A DNA stretch of 64,000 bases from Thermoproteota archaeon (GTDB lineage: Archaea; Asgardarchaeota; Njordarchaeia; Njordarchaeales; Panguiarchaeaceae). Made by a program: the position numbers and the translations under genes. Each line of letters starts with the position of its first letter. Position 1 is the stretch's first letter. Below are positions 38,919-47,988 of the stretch, one piece after another. Where the stretch lies: contig JANJXX010000001.1 of assembly GCA_024720975.1 (NCBI GenBank), forward strand, positions 63,408 through 127,407. The letters are read 5' to 3'. The notes below the pieces were generated by a model. The model was not told the origin of the DNA, made no database searches, and was given only the letters and a program-made list of their open reading frames with translations.

Positions 38919-40325
38919 CTAAACTCTCCAAAAGTCCTCCCAGTATTCCCTTGGGAATAATTTTCCTGGGTTGAGGATGCCATTTGGGTCAAAAAGTTTC
39001 TTCATCTCCCACATTAAGTCTAATTTTTCTTTTCCCGCTTCCACCTTAAATACATCTACTTTTTCAAGACCAATTCCGTGTTCGCCTGATACTGTTCCGC
39101 CAAGCTTTATTGTTTCTATAGATATCTCCTTAGCAGCCTTAAGCACCTTCTCAAATTCGTCCTTATTCAACGGGTCGTATAATATGTTAGGATGAAGGTT
39201 ACCATCCCCTGCATGCCCAAATGTTGCTATTATGAGATCATATTTGGCAGCAACTCTTTTACAAATATCTACGAGCTCTGGAAGCTTTGATATAGGTACT
39301 GTAGGATCTAGGACTAAATACTTGGGCTTTATATTACTCAACGATGGAGCAGCAGCTTTTCTTGCCATCCAAATCTTTTGATACTCTTCTTCAGTTTTGC
39401 TCCAGGTTATATCTATTGCACCCTCATTTCTTAACATATCCAAAATCATGTCCAGTCTTTTCTCAATATCTTCTTTCACATTACCGGTAAGTTCTATTAG
39501 TAGCATAGCATTTCCTTTATATTCAAGTCCACTATAGCGCTTAACTGCTTCTAATGTGTCACGATCTAAAAATTCGATGGCCGTAGGATCAAGACCTGTT
39601 TTCAGTAGTTTTACCACGAACTCAGCCGCCTCTCTTTCATGACTAAAGTATGCACGAATAACAACTGCACGTTTTGGTTTTGCAACTAGCTTAAGAGTTG
39701 CTTTGGTTATCACCCCGAGTGTGCCTTCGGAACCTATAAAGAGCCCAGTTAGGTTATAACCCGCCGCCGCTTTAAATGTCCGTGTTCCGGTCTCAATAAT
39801 AGATCCTCTTGGTAACACAACTTCTAATGAGAGAACCCACCCATCCCTCATACATCCGTATTTCACGGCCTTTATCCCTCCAGCATTACCTGCTATTGCC
39901 CCGCCAATGGTCGCAGCTGCAGAGCTACCCGGATCTATTGGAAAGATCAGATCGAATTTGTTTAAATTTATATTCAACTCATCAATTGCTATCCCAGCTT
40001 CCACGCGGGCTTGCAGATCCTGTGGGACTACGTCTATGATTCTATTCATTCTGTACATGGAGATGACTACAGCATTTTCAATTAAAGGAATGGCTCCCCC
40101 GCTAAGGGAGGTTCCACCCCCCCTCACATACGTTGGTATTTTATGCTTTGATGCGTATATCAAATACTCTCTTATCTGATCCGCGTTTTGGGGAAATACT
40201 ACAGCTAATGGAATTTCGCCTTTTATTGGTTGTGCATCATACGCATAGTACTCTAAGATCTCCTTTTCTGTTAATATGTTTGAAGAACCAAAAACGTCGG
40301 ATAAGAATTTGATTATGTTATCCAA
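38919..40325 (-). CDS. glcD: FAD-linked 2-hydroxyacid oxidoreductase (GlcD/D-lactate dehydrogenase family)
   Basis: RGGGTSLSGG, DPGS...TIGG, GSEGTLG, GHAGDGNLH, GEHGIG, DPNGILNPGK. Confidence 0.9.
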   Translation of the reverse strand: MDNIIKFLSDVFGSSNILTEKEILEYYAYDAQPIKGEIPLAVVFPQNADQIREYLIYASKHKIPTYVRGGGTSLSGGAIPLIENAVVISMYRMNRIIDVVPQDLQARVEAGIAIDELNINLNKFDLIFPIDPGSSAAATIGGAIAGNAGGIKAVKYGCMRDGWVLSLEVVLPRGSIIETGTRTFKAAAGYNLTGLFIGSEGTLGVITKATLKLVAKPKRAVVIRAYFSHEREAAEFVVKLLKTGLDPTAIEFLDRDTLEAVKRYSGLEYKGNAMLLIELTGNVKEDIEKRLDMILDMLRNEGAIDITWSKTEEEYQKIWMARKAAAPSLSNIKPKYLVLDPTVPISKLPELVDICKRVAAKYDLIIATFGHAGDGNLHPNILYDPLNKDEFEKVLKAAKEISIETIKLGGTVSGEHGIGLEKVDVFKVEAGKEKLDLMWEMKKLFDPNGILNPGKLFPREYWEDFWRV

Positions 40326-40370
40326 TACAAAGCACCAAGGTCCACTGAAGAAAGTAGTAATGAAAAGAGA

Positions 40371-41387
40371 CTATATTAACCCGGCATGTATTAAGAGAGA
40401 CGTTAATGTTGCGAGTAATCCTGAAGATAAGAACATTAAATAGTATAGCACAATTAGCTGCTTTTCTGTCAATCCACCTTTTATTGTTAACAACCGCGTC
40501 AGGTTAAGTGCAGCATTGGGGTCTTTATTTGCCTCCAGGCGCCCATTAATAAACAGCACAGCCTTCTTCTCCCGCGACAGCCTTGCACGAGGAGCAAATC
40601 TAGTACTAAAAACGTACACAAAGCCGTTATATACTGCTGGTAAGAAGCCAATTATAGCCACAAATTCCGCCCCAGTAAGACCCGTGGCAGCGGAGAGAAT
40701 TATTATAGCCGAAAGCAGAGAACCGAGCCCATAAGCCCCCACATTAGCATGAAATACTTTCGCAGGATATCTATTCCAATATAAAAATGCAAGCACATAA
40801 CCAAGCCCAATTGCTATTAGAATTAGGGGTACTTTAGCACCAACGAGAATTGCAAATAGCATCAACGGCAAGAGCACAGCTAAGGCTTGACCTACGAGAA
40901 CGCCATTGAATATATCTATCATATTGCATGCATCCGCAAATATGCTAAAGAAAGCCAACACTACCAATGGATATAACAATGTCATCCTTACGTTTCCTAT
41001 CATTGGTATGTAGGGTTTAGGTATATATACCTCAAACAAGATTATCGGCAAGCCAGCTAGGGCAACAAACAACGCTTTTATCAAACCAAGGTCTCGCATA
41101 TCGTCAATCAAACCTATAGTAAGCCCAATCACAGTTGATAAAACCAGAGCTAAATAAACCTTCTCGCCCGCTGTAGAAAGGAGCGGCAATGCAAGAACGG
41201 GAATAGAATATAGAACTATCCCTCCTAAGTTTGCTACCAGGGGCTTTGGAGTTTTATGTGCATCCTCTGCCAGAATCTGCCTTCTCCAGGCTAACTTTAT
41301 ATGAACATACAATAAAAGAAGCGACAGCAAAAATGCCCAAACAAAGCTTATCATTGCGGATACTATTACTTCACTTATATACATCAT
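40371..41387 (-). CDS. MraY/GPT family polyprenyl-phosphate HexNAc-1-P transferase (AglH/Alg7-like)
   Basis: DAHK, GGI, GLIDD, NMIDIFNG, NRYPAKVF. Confidence 0.85.
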   Translation of the reverse strand: MMYISEVIVSAMISFVWAFLLSLLLLYVHIKLAWRRQILAEDAHKTPKPLVANLGGIVLYSIPVLALPLLSTAGEKVYLALVLSTVIGLTIGLIDDMRDLGLIKALFVALAGLPIILFEVYIPKPYIPMIGNVRMTLLYPLVVLAFFSIFADACNMIDIFNGVLVGQALAVLLPLMLFAILVGAKVPLILIAIGLGYVLAFLYWNRYPAKVFHANVGAYGLGSLLSAIIILSAATGLTGAEFVAIIGFLPAVYNGFVYVFSTRFAPRARLSREKKAVLFINGRLEANKDPNAALNLTRLLTIKGGLTEKQLIVLYYLMFLSSGLLATLTSLLIHAGLI

Positions 41388-41440
41388 GAAGACCCTGTGG
41401 GATCAAAAATCTGAGAAACATAATTTTGAGATCATAAGTT

Positions 41441-41794
41441 TCATGATGTTACAGTTTCTATTTCAATGTCAAAATCTTTCGTTCCAAGAAGATCTGAAAA
41501 TATTTTCTCCACAAGTTCTGGTGCGCTCTCACCAGTTATCTCCACAGTCTGCTGAACTACATCTCCCTGTAGTCCCTCCACGATTGAACTGACTTTAGCC
41601 AACTGCTCGTCAGTAAGTTCCCCTTCAATTTTAAGAAGTACTTTGCCTGCCTCGCCAGTGGCTTCCAAGACAATTTCGATTTTCCCAGTTTTCTTCTCGT
41701 AGATACTGCAAAATGATCCTAAGCCCGCCGATAGAACCTCTAGCACCGCATTCTTAATCAAAGCTTTCCTTGTTTCTGGATCCAAGAGGCTCAC
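41441..41794 (-). CDS. Hypothetical acidic protein
   Basis: 117-aa ORF co-oriented with neighbours. Confidence 0.7.
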   Translation of the reverse strand: MSLLDPETRKALIKNAVLEVLSAGLGSFCSIYEKKTGKIEIVLEATGEAGKVLLKIEGELTDEQLAKVSSIVEGLQGDVVQQTVEITGESAPELVEKIFSDLLGTKDFDIEIETVTS

Positions 41795-41838
41795 CTGGCA
41801 CCATTACAATTTAGTTAAACTTACTTTTAATGTCCTGA

Positions 41839-42153
41839 TTAAACGACTGCTGCTGAGGCGTCTTGCGCAAGTACCTGGTTGCGCAGTACTTTTATGGTCT
41901 CAGTTATTTTTATCTTGGCTGGGCAGCGAACATCACAACTTCCGCAAAGATTGCAGATGAATATTAGGTATTTGAGAAAACTTGGAAGTTCGGTGTTCTT
42001 TAGTAGCGCCTCTCGCGAGAGTATTATTACTGATCTGGGAGAGAAGTGATCATAGCGAGTACTTCCAATGAACATTGGACAGCCAGATATGCATAGGTTA
42101 CACTGAGAACATCTTAGCATTTCGCGGAGTAGAGAATCTTTCCGCTTTACCAC
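41839..42153 (-). CDS. Stand-alone 4Fe-4S dicluster protein (GlcF/HdrC N-terminal-like)
   Basis: CSQCNLCISGCP, SPR, CNLCGSCDVRCP. Confidence 0.9.
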   Translation of the reverse strand: MVKRKDSLLREMLRCSQCNLCISGCPMFIGSTRYDHFSPRSVIILSREALLKNTELPSFLKYLIFICNLCGSCDVRCPAKIKITETIKVLRNQVLAQDASAAVV

Positions 42154-42936
42154 TCAATACACCAAGCATTCTAGTTCAAAATCAAATTTAAGCGAAGATC
42201 TTATCTGCTGCTGCACATTTTTATCCTTGCAAACTATGGACATGAATTTTTTTCGTTCACTTTCAGAAGATCTGTTGATTATTTCTAGTAAAGGATCTCT
42301 AAGTCTATTGACGACCTGATTAAGAAAATCATTGTCTACTTTGCTAAGAGTCCTAAGAAGCCATGCTAACTTCACTGAATCGACACCTTGATTTATAAAG
42401 GTATCGACCAAGCCATCAAAGATTTGCCAGGCCAATTTTCTGTAGCCAAGTTTAGCTATGTAGAGTACAACTTGACTTAGATGCGATATTCCCTCGTTCT
42501 TGCTTAAGTTGAGGAATACTTTTGAATAGTTCCTTACAAATATTACTCCAAGCTCCTCATTCACTCTTGCGATCTCTATTGCCAGTTGTATTACATCATT
42601 AAAGTGTCTCTTGATGAGTCTACTACTCAATGGTTCCCTAAATAAATCTATGAACTTCGTAAAGCACTCGGGACAAATGTAGGCTAGATGTAGTAATAGT
42701 AACTTGAGCCTGTTATAACCAGCTTGAAGTATTACATCATTGATTTTACTTGCGAGCTGACTGGTTAATATATTGAAACCTTCGGCTCCAATTGAGGCCA
42801 TTTCAAAGATTAATTCTACTTTGCTGCTTACAGGTATTGGTTTACTTAGGATACTGCGAAACAAAATCAGGAGTTTGTTTACAGGTAATTCTTTTCGACT
42901 CGCTTTATGCAGCGCAATACTTAGCAGGGTATTCAT
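42154..42936 (-). CDS. Alpha-helical repeat protein
   Basis: About 38-aa helical repeats. Confidence 0.7.
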   Translation of the reverse strand: MNTLLSIALHKASRKELPVNKLLILFRSILSKPIPVSSKVELIFEMASIGAEGFNILTSQLASKINDVILQAGYNRLKLLLLHLAYICPECFTKFIDLFREPLSSRLIKRHFNDVIQLAIEIARVNEELGVIFVRNYSKVFLNLSKNEGISHLSQVVLYIAKLGYRKLAWQIFDGLVDTFINQGVDSVKLAWLLRTLSKVDNDFLNQVVNRLRDPLLEIINRSSESERKKFMSIVCKDKNVQQQIRSSLKFDFELECLVY

Positions 42937-43034
42937 TACAGTGCCCCTTCGGTTTTTGAGTTAAAGCCTATCAAAAGGCTAACACATGAAGACGTAGTTA
43001 ATTAAAGACAGCTATTGAAATTTAATTAAAATGT

Positions 43035-43676
43035 TTGAAAACCGTAGGGGGCTCTCCTTTGAATAAGATAAAGCATTTTACCTTCAAAGTAGTGGTAATT
43101 GGCGATGAAAAAGTAGGCAAAACGACTCTGTGCAAGAACTTCCTTTGGGGAATATCTCAACATGAGTACAAAAGCGCGATGGGAGCAGATTTTTATATGT
43201 ACCCCTGGTATTCCTACCTCGATGAGCTCAAAACGAAATTGCATGTAAGATGGTTACTATTTGACTTAACTGGTCAATTTTTTGAGTTCCAGACAATTCG
43301 ACCACTGTTTTATAGAGGTGCGCATGCAGCCATTATTGTCTTCGATATCTCAAGACCAGAAACATTCAAATCTATCCCAGTGTGGATATATGAATTTTGG
43401 CGAGACTCTTCTCCAGGTGCTGTTGAAAAAAGGCCATTTATAATTGCTGGCAACAAGGCTGATCTACGGGGGACGGTAGAGAATTGCCTACCTCGAGAAC
43501 TTGCGGAGGATTATGTTAAACGAGTAGCAAAGGGTTTGAATTTCGAGCCTGCCTATGTTGAAGTATCAGTTTTGCATGGCTGGAACACTGAAGACTTACT
43601 CAAAAAGCTTCTGATAGCTATATTAAAGTATTATGGATACACAGATATGCTATTGAAGACCAGCGGGGAGAAGTAA
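43035..43676 (+). CDS. Rab/Ras-like small GTPase
   Basis: G1 GDEKVGKT, GADF, G3 DLTGQ, FYRGAHAAIIVFD, G4 NKAD, G5 EVSV. Confidence 0.93.
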   Translation: MKTVGGSPLNKIKHFTFKVVVIGDEKVGKTTLCKNFLWGISQHEYKSAMGADFYMYPWYSYLDELKTKLHVRWLLFDLTGQFFEFQTIRPLFYRGAHAAIIVFDISRPETFKSIPVWIYEFWRDSSPGAVEKRPFIIAGNKADLRGTVENCLPRELAEDYVKRVAKGLNFEPAYVEVSVLHGWNTEDLLKKLLIAILKYYGYTDMLLKTSGEK

Positions 43677-44950
43677 TGACTAAAGTTTCTATTCCATACG
43701 GAAGCCAAGTAATTCAGTTAGAAATCCCAGATGATAATTTTCTAATGAATGCCATACCGAAAGAAATTCCTGGAATACCAAATCCCTCAATCGAACTCGA
43801 GAAATCCCTCGAGAAACCGATAAAAACCCGGCCTCTCCGAGAGTTAGCAAAAGGAAAAAGAAAAGTTGTCATCGTTGTTGACGATGCAACTAGGCCTCTT
43901 CCCTCTCACCTCTTACTCCCAACGATTCTCAATGAATTACAAAACGCAGGGGTTCGCCAAGATGGCATTACAATACTCTTTGCAACTGGGCTCCATAGAC
44001 CTGTTACTGAGGAGGAGGCAAAACGCTTACTTGGTGAGGACATAGCTGAAAGGTATAGGTGGTTAAGCCATAACGCTGATGCTGAGGATTTAGTATACTA
44101 TGGAGAGACAAAGAGAGGAACACCCATATATATTAATCGATTGTATGCTGAAGCTGATCTGAGGATACTTGTGGGAGATGTTACATTACATTATTATGCT
44201 GGATTCGGCGGCGGTGGGAAATCCATTTTGCCAGGGATATCTGGTCGTGAGACAATAATTAGAAATCATTCAATGTTGTTCCAACCAAATGCAAGACCGG
44301 GAATATGCGAAGGAAATCCTGTTTGTGAAGATATCTCTGAAGCAGCTAAGAAAGTTGGGGCGGATTTTGTTATTAATGTCGTCCTAAATACGCGTAAGGA
44401 GATTGTTAGGATTTTTGCTGGTGAATTGGAAGATGTCTTCAAAAAAGGCATAGAACTTGTTAGACGCATGTACATTGTCGATGTACCACAAAAAGCCGAC
44501 ATTACAATAGTCAGTCCCGGAGGGCATCCATTCGACATAAATCTCTATCAATCGCATAAGGGACTTTTCTTTGCCGAACAAGCTACGAGGGACAATGGAT
44601 CAATTATTTTGCTTGCAGCTTGCCCAGAGGGTGCTGGTAATAAATTGTTCGAGGATAGTATGCGAGCAACTAAGAACCTAGCTCCTGATGCTGCCATGAA
44701 GATGCTAATGGATGAGCTCTGCAGAAGCTTTTCTGTGGGGATACATAAGGCTTATTATTTGATAAGAGCTACGAGCAGGTATAGCATTTTCATAAAGACT
44801 GAGATGGATTCGAGGGAGATCTCTGAGATATATAGAATGACCCCTATTAGCGACCCACAGGCAACTTTAGATGAACTACTTCGAAGAAACCCAGAGGCGA
44901 AAGTACTGGTATTGCCGTATGGAAATGAAACGTTGCCTATAGTTAAGTGA
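43676..44950 (+). CDS. larA: Nickel-pincer-dependent lactate racemase / 2-hydroxyacid epimerase family
   Basis: DDATRP, ATGLHR, HYYAGFGGG.KSILPG, DINLYQ..K, CPEG. Confidence 0.92.
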   Translation: MTKVSIPYGSQVIQLEIPDDNFLMNAIPKEIPGIPNPSIELEKSLEKPIKTRPLRELAKGKRKVVIVVDDATRPLPSHLLLPTILNELQNAGVRQDGITILFATGLHRPVTEEEAKRLLGEDIAERYRWLSHNADAEDLVYYGETKRGTPIYINRLYAEADLRILVGDVTLHYYAGFGGGGKSILPGISGRETIIRNHSMLFQPNARPGICEGNPVCEDISEAAKKVGADFVINVVLNTRKEIVRIFAGELEDVFKKGIELVRRMYIVDVPQKADITIVSPGGHPFDINLYQSHKGLFFAEQATRDNGSIILLAACPEGAGNKLFEDSMRATKNLAPDAAMKMLMDELCRSFSVGIHKAYYLIRATSRYSIFIKTEMDSREISEIYRMTPISDPQATLDELLRRNPEAKVLVLPYGNETLPIVK

Positions 44951-44953
44951 TTT

Positions 44954-45952
44954 CTATAAGTAGTCGCTACGATCTACCACATTTTTCGGCTTCTCCCCTC
45001 TAATGTACTTGATAATGTTTTCTAAGGCTGCTATTAGGACCCTATCTCTTATTTCGGGTGCAAAGCCAGCTATATGAGGGGTCATTATAACATTAGGAAG
45101 CTCATGAAATGGGTAATCTTGATACGCTGGCTCTAAGTCCTTTGACGGATACCGCCACCAAACATCAAGACATGCAACGAAATTCGGATTATCTCTTAAA
45201 TGCTCGTATAAAGCTTTTTGATCTATTACCTCGCCGCGACTTACATTAACTAGGATTGCAGTTGACTTCATCAAATTAAGTTCCCTCTTTCCAATCATAC
45301 CGCGTGTGTACTTTGTTAAGGGAACGGCTACAACGACAACATCTGAATTCTGGAGCACTATGTCTAATTTGTCTGGAGTACCAATGAAATCTACATTCAC
45401 GTCAGCCACTCCAGAGCGATTGATTGCAAAGACGCGCATTCCAAAAGCTTTAGCTATTCTCGCCACACTTTGCCCAACATTTCCGAGTCCAATAATACCC
45501 ATAGTCTTATTCTGCAAGACAAATCCGTAATCTCTGCGTTTCCAAATGCCCTTTCTCATATTTTGGTCGTGATAAATGATCTTTTTAGCAGCAGCCAATA
45601 TCATAGCCCAAACATGCTCAGCGACAGCAATAGCATTTGCACCTGCATTTGTGCATACCAAAACTTTTTCCGGCAAGCTGTGAAACGGTATATAATCTGC
45701 TCCTGCAGACAATGTTTGTATGAGCTTGAGATTTCTTGTATCTCTCAATATTTCCTGTGTCAGATCTAAGCCACTTCCGGTGAGAATTACGTCTACCTCT
45801 GGTAGCAATCTTTCTAATTGCTCTGCACTTAATTCATCGATAAAGTGCACTTCGGCATGCTTACTCAGAATTGAGGTGATGATCTCCTTATCTTCAGGTC
45901 TAGCCTTAAACGTTACTAATACTCTCAAGTTAACCTCCTGATTAGAGTCCAT
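44954..45952 (-). CDS. D-isomer specific 2-hydroxyacid dehydrogenase
   Basis: AVAEH, GLGNVG, VNVSRG, DVWW, MTPHIAG. Confidence 0.93.
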   Translation of the reverse strand: MDSNQEVNLRVLVTFKARPEDKEIITSILSKHAEVHFIDELSAEQLERLLPEVDVILTGSGLDLTQEILRDTRNLKLIQTLSAGADYIPFHSLPEKVLVCTNAGANAIAVAEHVWAMILAAAKKIIYHDQNMRKGIWKRRDYGFVLQNKTMGIIGLGNVGQSVARIAKAFGMRVFAINRSGVADVNVDFIGTPDKLDIVLQNSDVVVVAVPLTKYTRGMIGKRELNLMKSTAILVNVSRGEVIDQKALYEHLRDNPNFVACLDVWWRYPSKDLEPAYQDYPFHELPNVIMTPHIAGFAPEIRDRVLIAALENIIKYIRGEKPKNVVDRSDYL

Positions 45953-45994
45953 TTTAATAATCTGTTAATCTCTTGAAAACATGCGAGGATAAGA

Positions 45995-46801
45995 ATGAAC
46001 CCAGAAATTACCATAAAAGTTGAGCAATACTTAAAGCATGTGGAAAAACTAGTGAAGACAATTCTTGGGGAAAACTTAGTAAGTTTAGTTGTATTCGGCT
46101 CATTTGTGAGAGGTGAGTTATCTAAGTCATCTGATATTGATATTTTAATTGCTGTTAAGGACCGTATTCATCCGAGCGTAGCCGAGTTAATGAGAAAGTT
46201 ATATGCTCTCGAGCAAAAGTATGGATTCTCATTCTGTCCTAAGGGCTTCTTTGGTAGACTCTTCTATTCACTAAGCAGAGCGACTGGCATGTTTAGATCC
46301 ATATTCATAGCCGAAGCGAAAGCAATAAAGAACTGGGAATTCTCGAAAGTCTTCAACACGAGTGTATTTATGACTCGTTTGCTAGCGCCAAAAGAAGCTG
46401 TTAAGTTCACGATTTTGAGCGCATATAAAGTTATCTACGGATCAGATCCATTTAAGGACTTGAGTATAAAGGAACCAAATCATGTAGAGATTATTAAGAG
46501 TCTCCTAATGAATCTACTGCTGGCGTTGGCATCGTTTGTGCTTCTCCCACTACATAGGGAGACATACAAGTTTATTTATGAGGCAGTGAAATGGTCTTTG
46601 TTTTGCTATGCATATTCAACTCAACGAAAGCCAGTGATCAATGAACTCTTAAAGACTTTTTACAAAAAGTCGAAAAGAGATGTTGAAGGTTTTATTGCAA
46701 CCCGTAAGAATAATAAACTCGACTCTAGTTTGCTCTTGTATGGTATACCTATGATTATTAAAATCCATATTCAATCTCTTAAGGAACTAAAGCAGAGATA
46801 A
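45995..46801 (+). CDS. Nucleotidyltransferase (MNT/pol-beta fold) with C-terminal helical domain
   Basis: FGSFVRG...SDIDIL. Confidence 0.85.
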   Translation: MNPEITIKVEQYLKHVEKLVKTILGENLVSLVVFGSFVRGELSKSSDIDILIAVKDRIHPSVAELMRKLYALEQKYGFSFCPKGFFGRLFYSLSRATGMFRSIFIAEAKAIKNWEFSKVFNTSVFMTRLLAPKEAVKFTILSAYKVIYGSDPFKDLSIKEPNHVEIIKSLLMNLLLALASFVLLPLHRETYKFIYEAVKWSLFCYAYSTQRKPVINELLKTFYKKSKRDVEGFIATRKNNKLDSSLLLYGIPMIIKIHIQSLKELKQR

Positions 46802-46827
46802 AAAATCACCGAGACATTTTAAGACAT

Positions 46828-47916
46828 TTAAAAGATAAACCAGGAGCGACTGGATTTCCGCCAAGCATTATCGTCAGAGTACTTTATATTTATCTCTGCC
46901 CCGCAAAACATACAACGACCATCTTTAAGGTGCCACTCTAGAATTGAAAAACCATATCGCGCTATAAGAAGTTTTCCACACCCTGGACAGTATGTATTGT
47001 CATATGCATGACCAGGTACATTTCCTAGATAAACGTACTTCATGCCAATCTCCTTGGCTAACTTATAATGCTTCTCAAGTGTTCTTACTGGCGTTGGAGG
47101 TAAATTTGCTAGCTTATACTGAGGGAAGAATCTGATAAAATGTATGGGAACGTCTGGCCCAAGATTGTCGTAGATCCACCTCATTAATTTTTGGGCATCC
47201 TCAATTCTATCGCCTATTTCTGGTACTATCAAGTCCGTTATTTCAACATGGATTTTCTTGTCTTTAAGCATTAACAATGTGTCGAATATTGGCTGTGGAT
47301 CATGAACTCCTGCGTATTTTCCCATGAATTCAGGGTTTGCATTGCCTTTTATATCAACTGCTGCCGCGTCGAGAAACTTAGCTAGGTACTCGACTGCCTC
47401 TTCAGTCATATAGCCATTAGTGACAAAAACATTGAACAACCCCTTTTTCTTAGCCTGAACTCCAACATCGTGTGCGTACTCCATAAATATTGTTGGCTCA
47501 TTATAAGTATATGCAAGCCCGTCTGAGTTATATTCTATTGCTAGAGAGACCATTACGTCTGGGGGAATATCCTCCCCCTCAACACGCCTTCTCTGGGACA
47601 TATGATAATTGCAGCAATAAGCGCAAAGAAAGTTACATCCAGTAGTACCAAAGCTCAGGACCCAGCTACCAGGGTGAAAATGATAGAGTGGTTTTTTCTC
47701 TATGGGATCCAAGTTGACGGCGTATGCTTTTCCGTAGACGAGTAAATATAATCTTCCATCCAAATTCTTTCGCACACCGCATACTCCAATCTGTCCAGGC
47801 TTGAGCTTGCACCTTCGACCACAAGCGGTACATTCAACAATATTATCGATTCTCTTGTATAAAGTCGCCTCTTTCATAGAACACGCCATGATAGCAGACA
47901 TCTTGTTAAGAACCAT
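46828..47916 (-). CDS. amrS: AmmeMemoRadiSam system radical SAM enzyme
   Basis: CTACGRRC, DPIEKKPLYHF.PG, GCNFLCAYC.N, YTYNEP, YVYLGNVPG. Confidence 0.93.
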   Translation of the reverse strand: MVLNKMSAIMACSMKEATLYKRIDNIVECTACGRRCKLKPGQIGVCGVRKNLDGRLYLLVYGKAYAVNLDPIEKKPLYHFHPGSWVLSFGTTGCNFLCAYCCNYHMSQRRRVEGEDIPPDVMVSLAIEYNSDGLAYTYNEPTIFMEYAHDVGVQAKKKGLFNVFVTNGYMTEEAVEYLAKFLDAAAVDIKGNANPEFMGKYAGVHDPQPIFDTLLMLKDKKIHVEITDLIVPEIGDRIEDAQKLMRWIYDNLGPDVPIHFIRFFPQYKLANLPPTPVRTLEKHYKLAKEIGMKYVYLGNVPGHAYDNTYCPGCGKLLIARYGFSILEWHLKDGRCMFCGAEINIKYSDDNAWRKSSRSWFIF

Positions 47917-47988
47917 ACAAATGCTATAATGAAAAGTATTATGTTGTTGCAGTGCATTTAATTGGACTATAATTTGCTCGGTTGCCAG

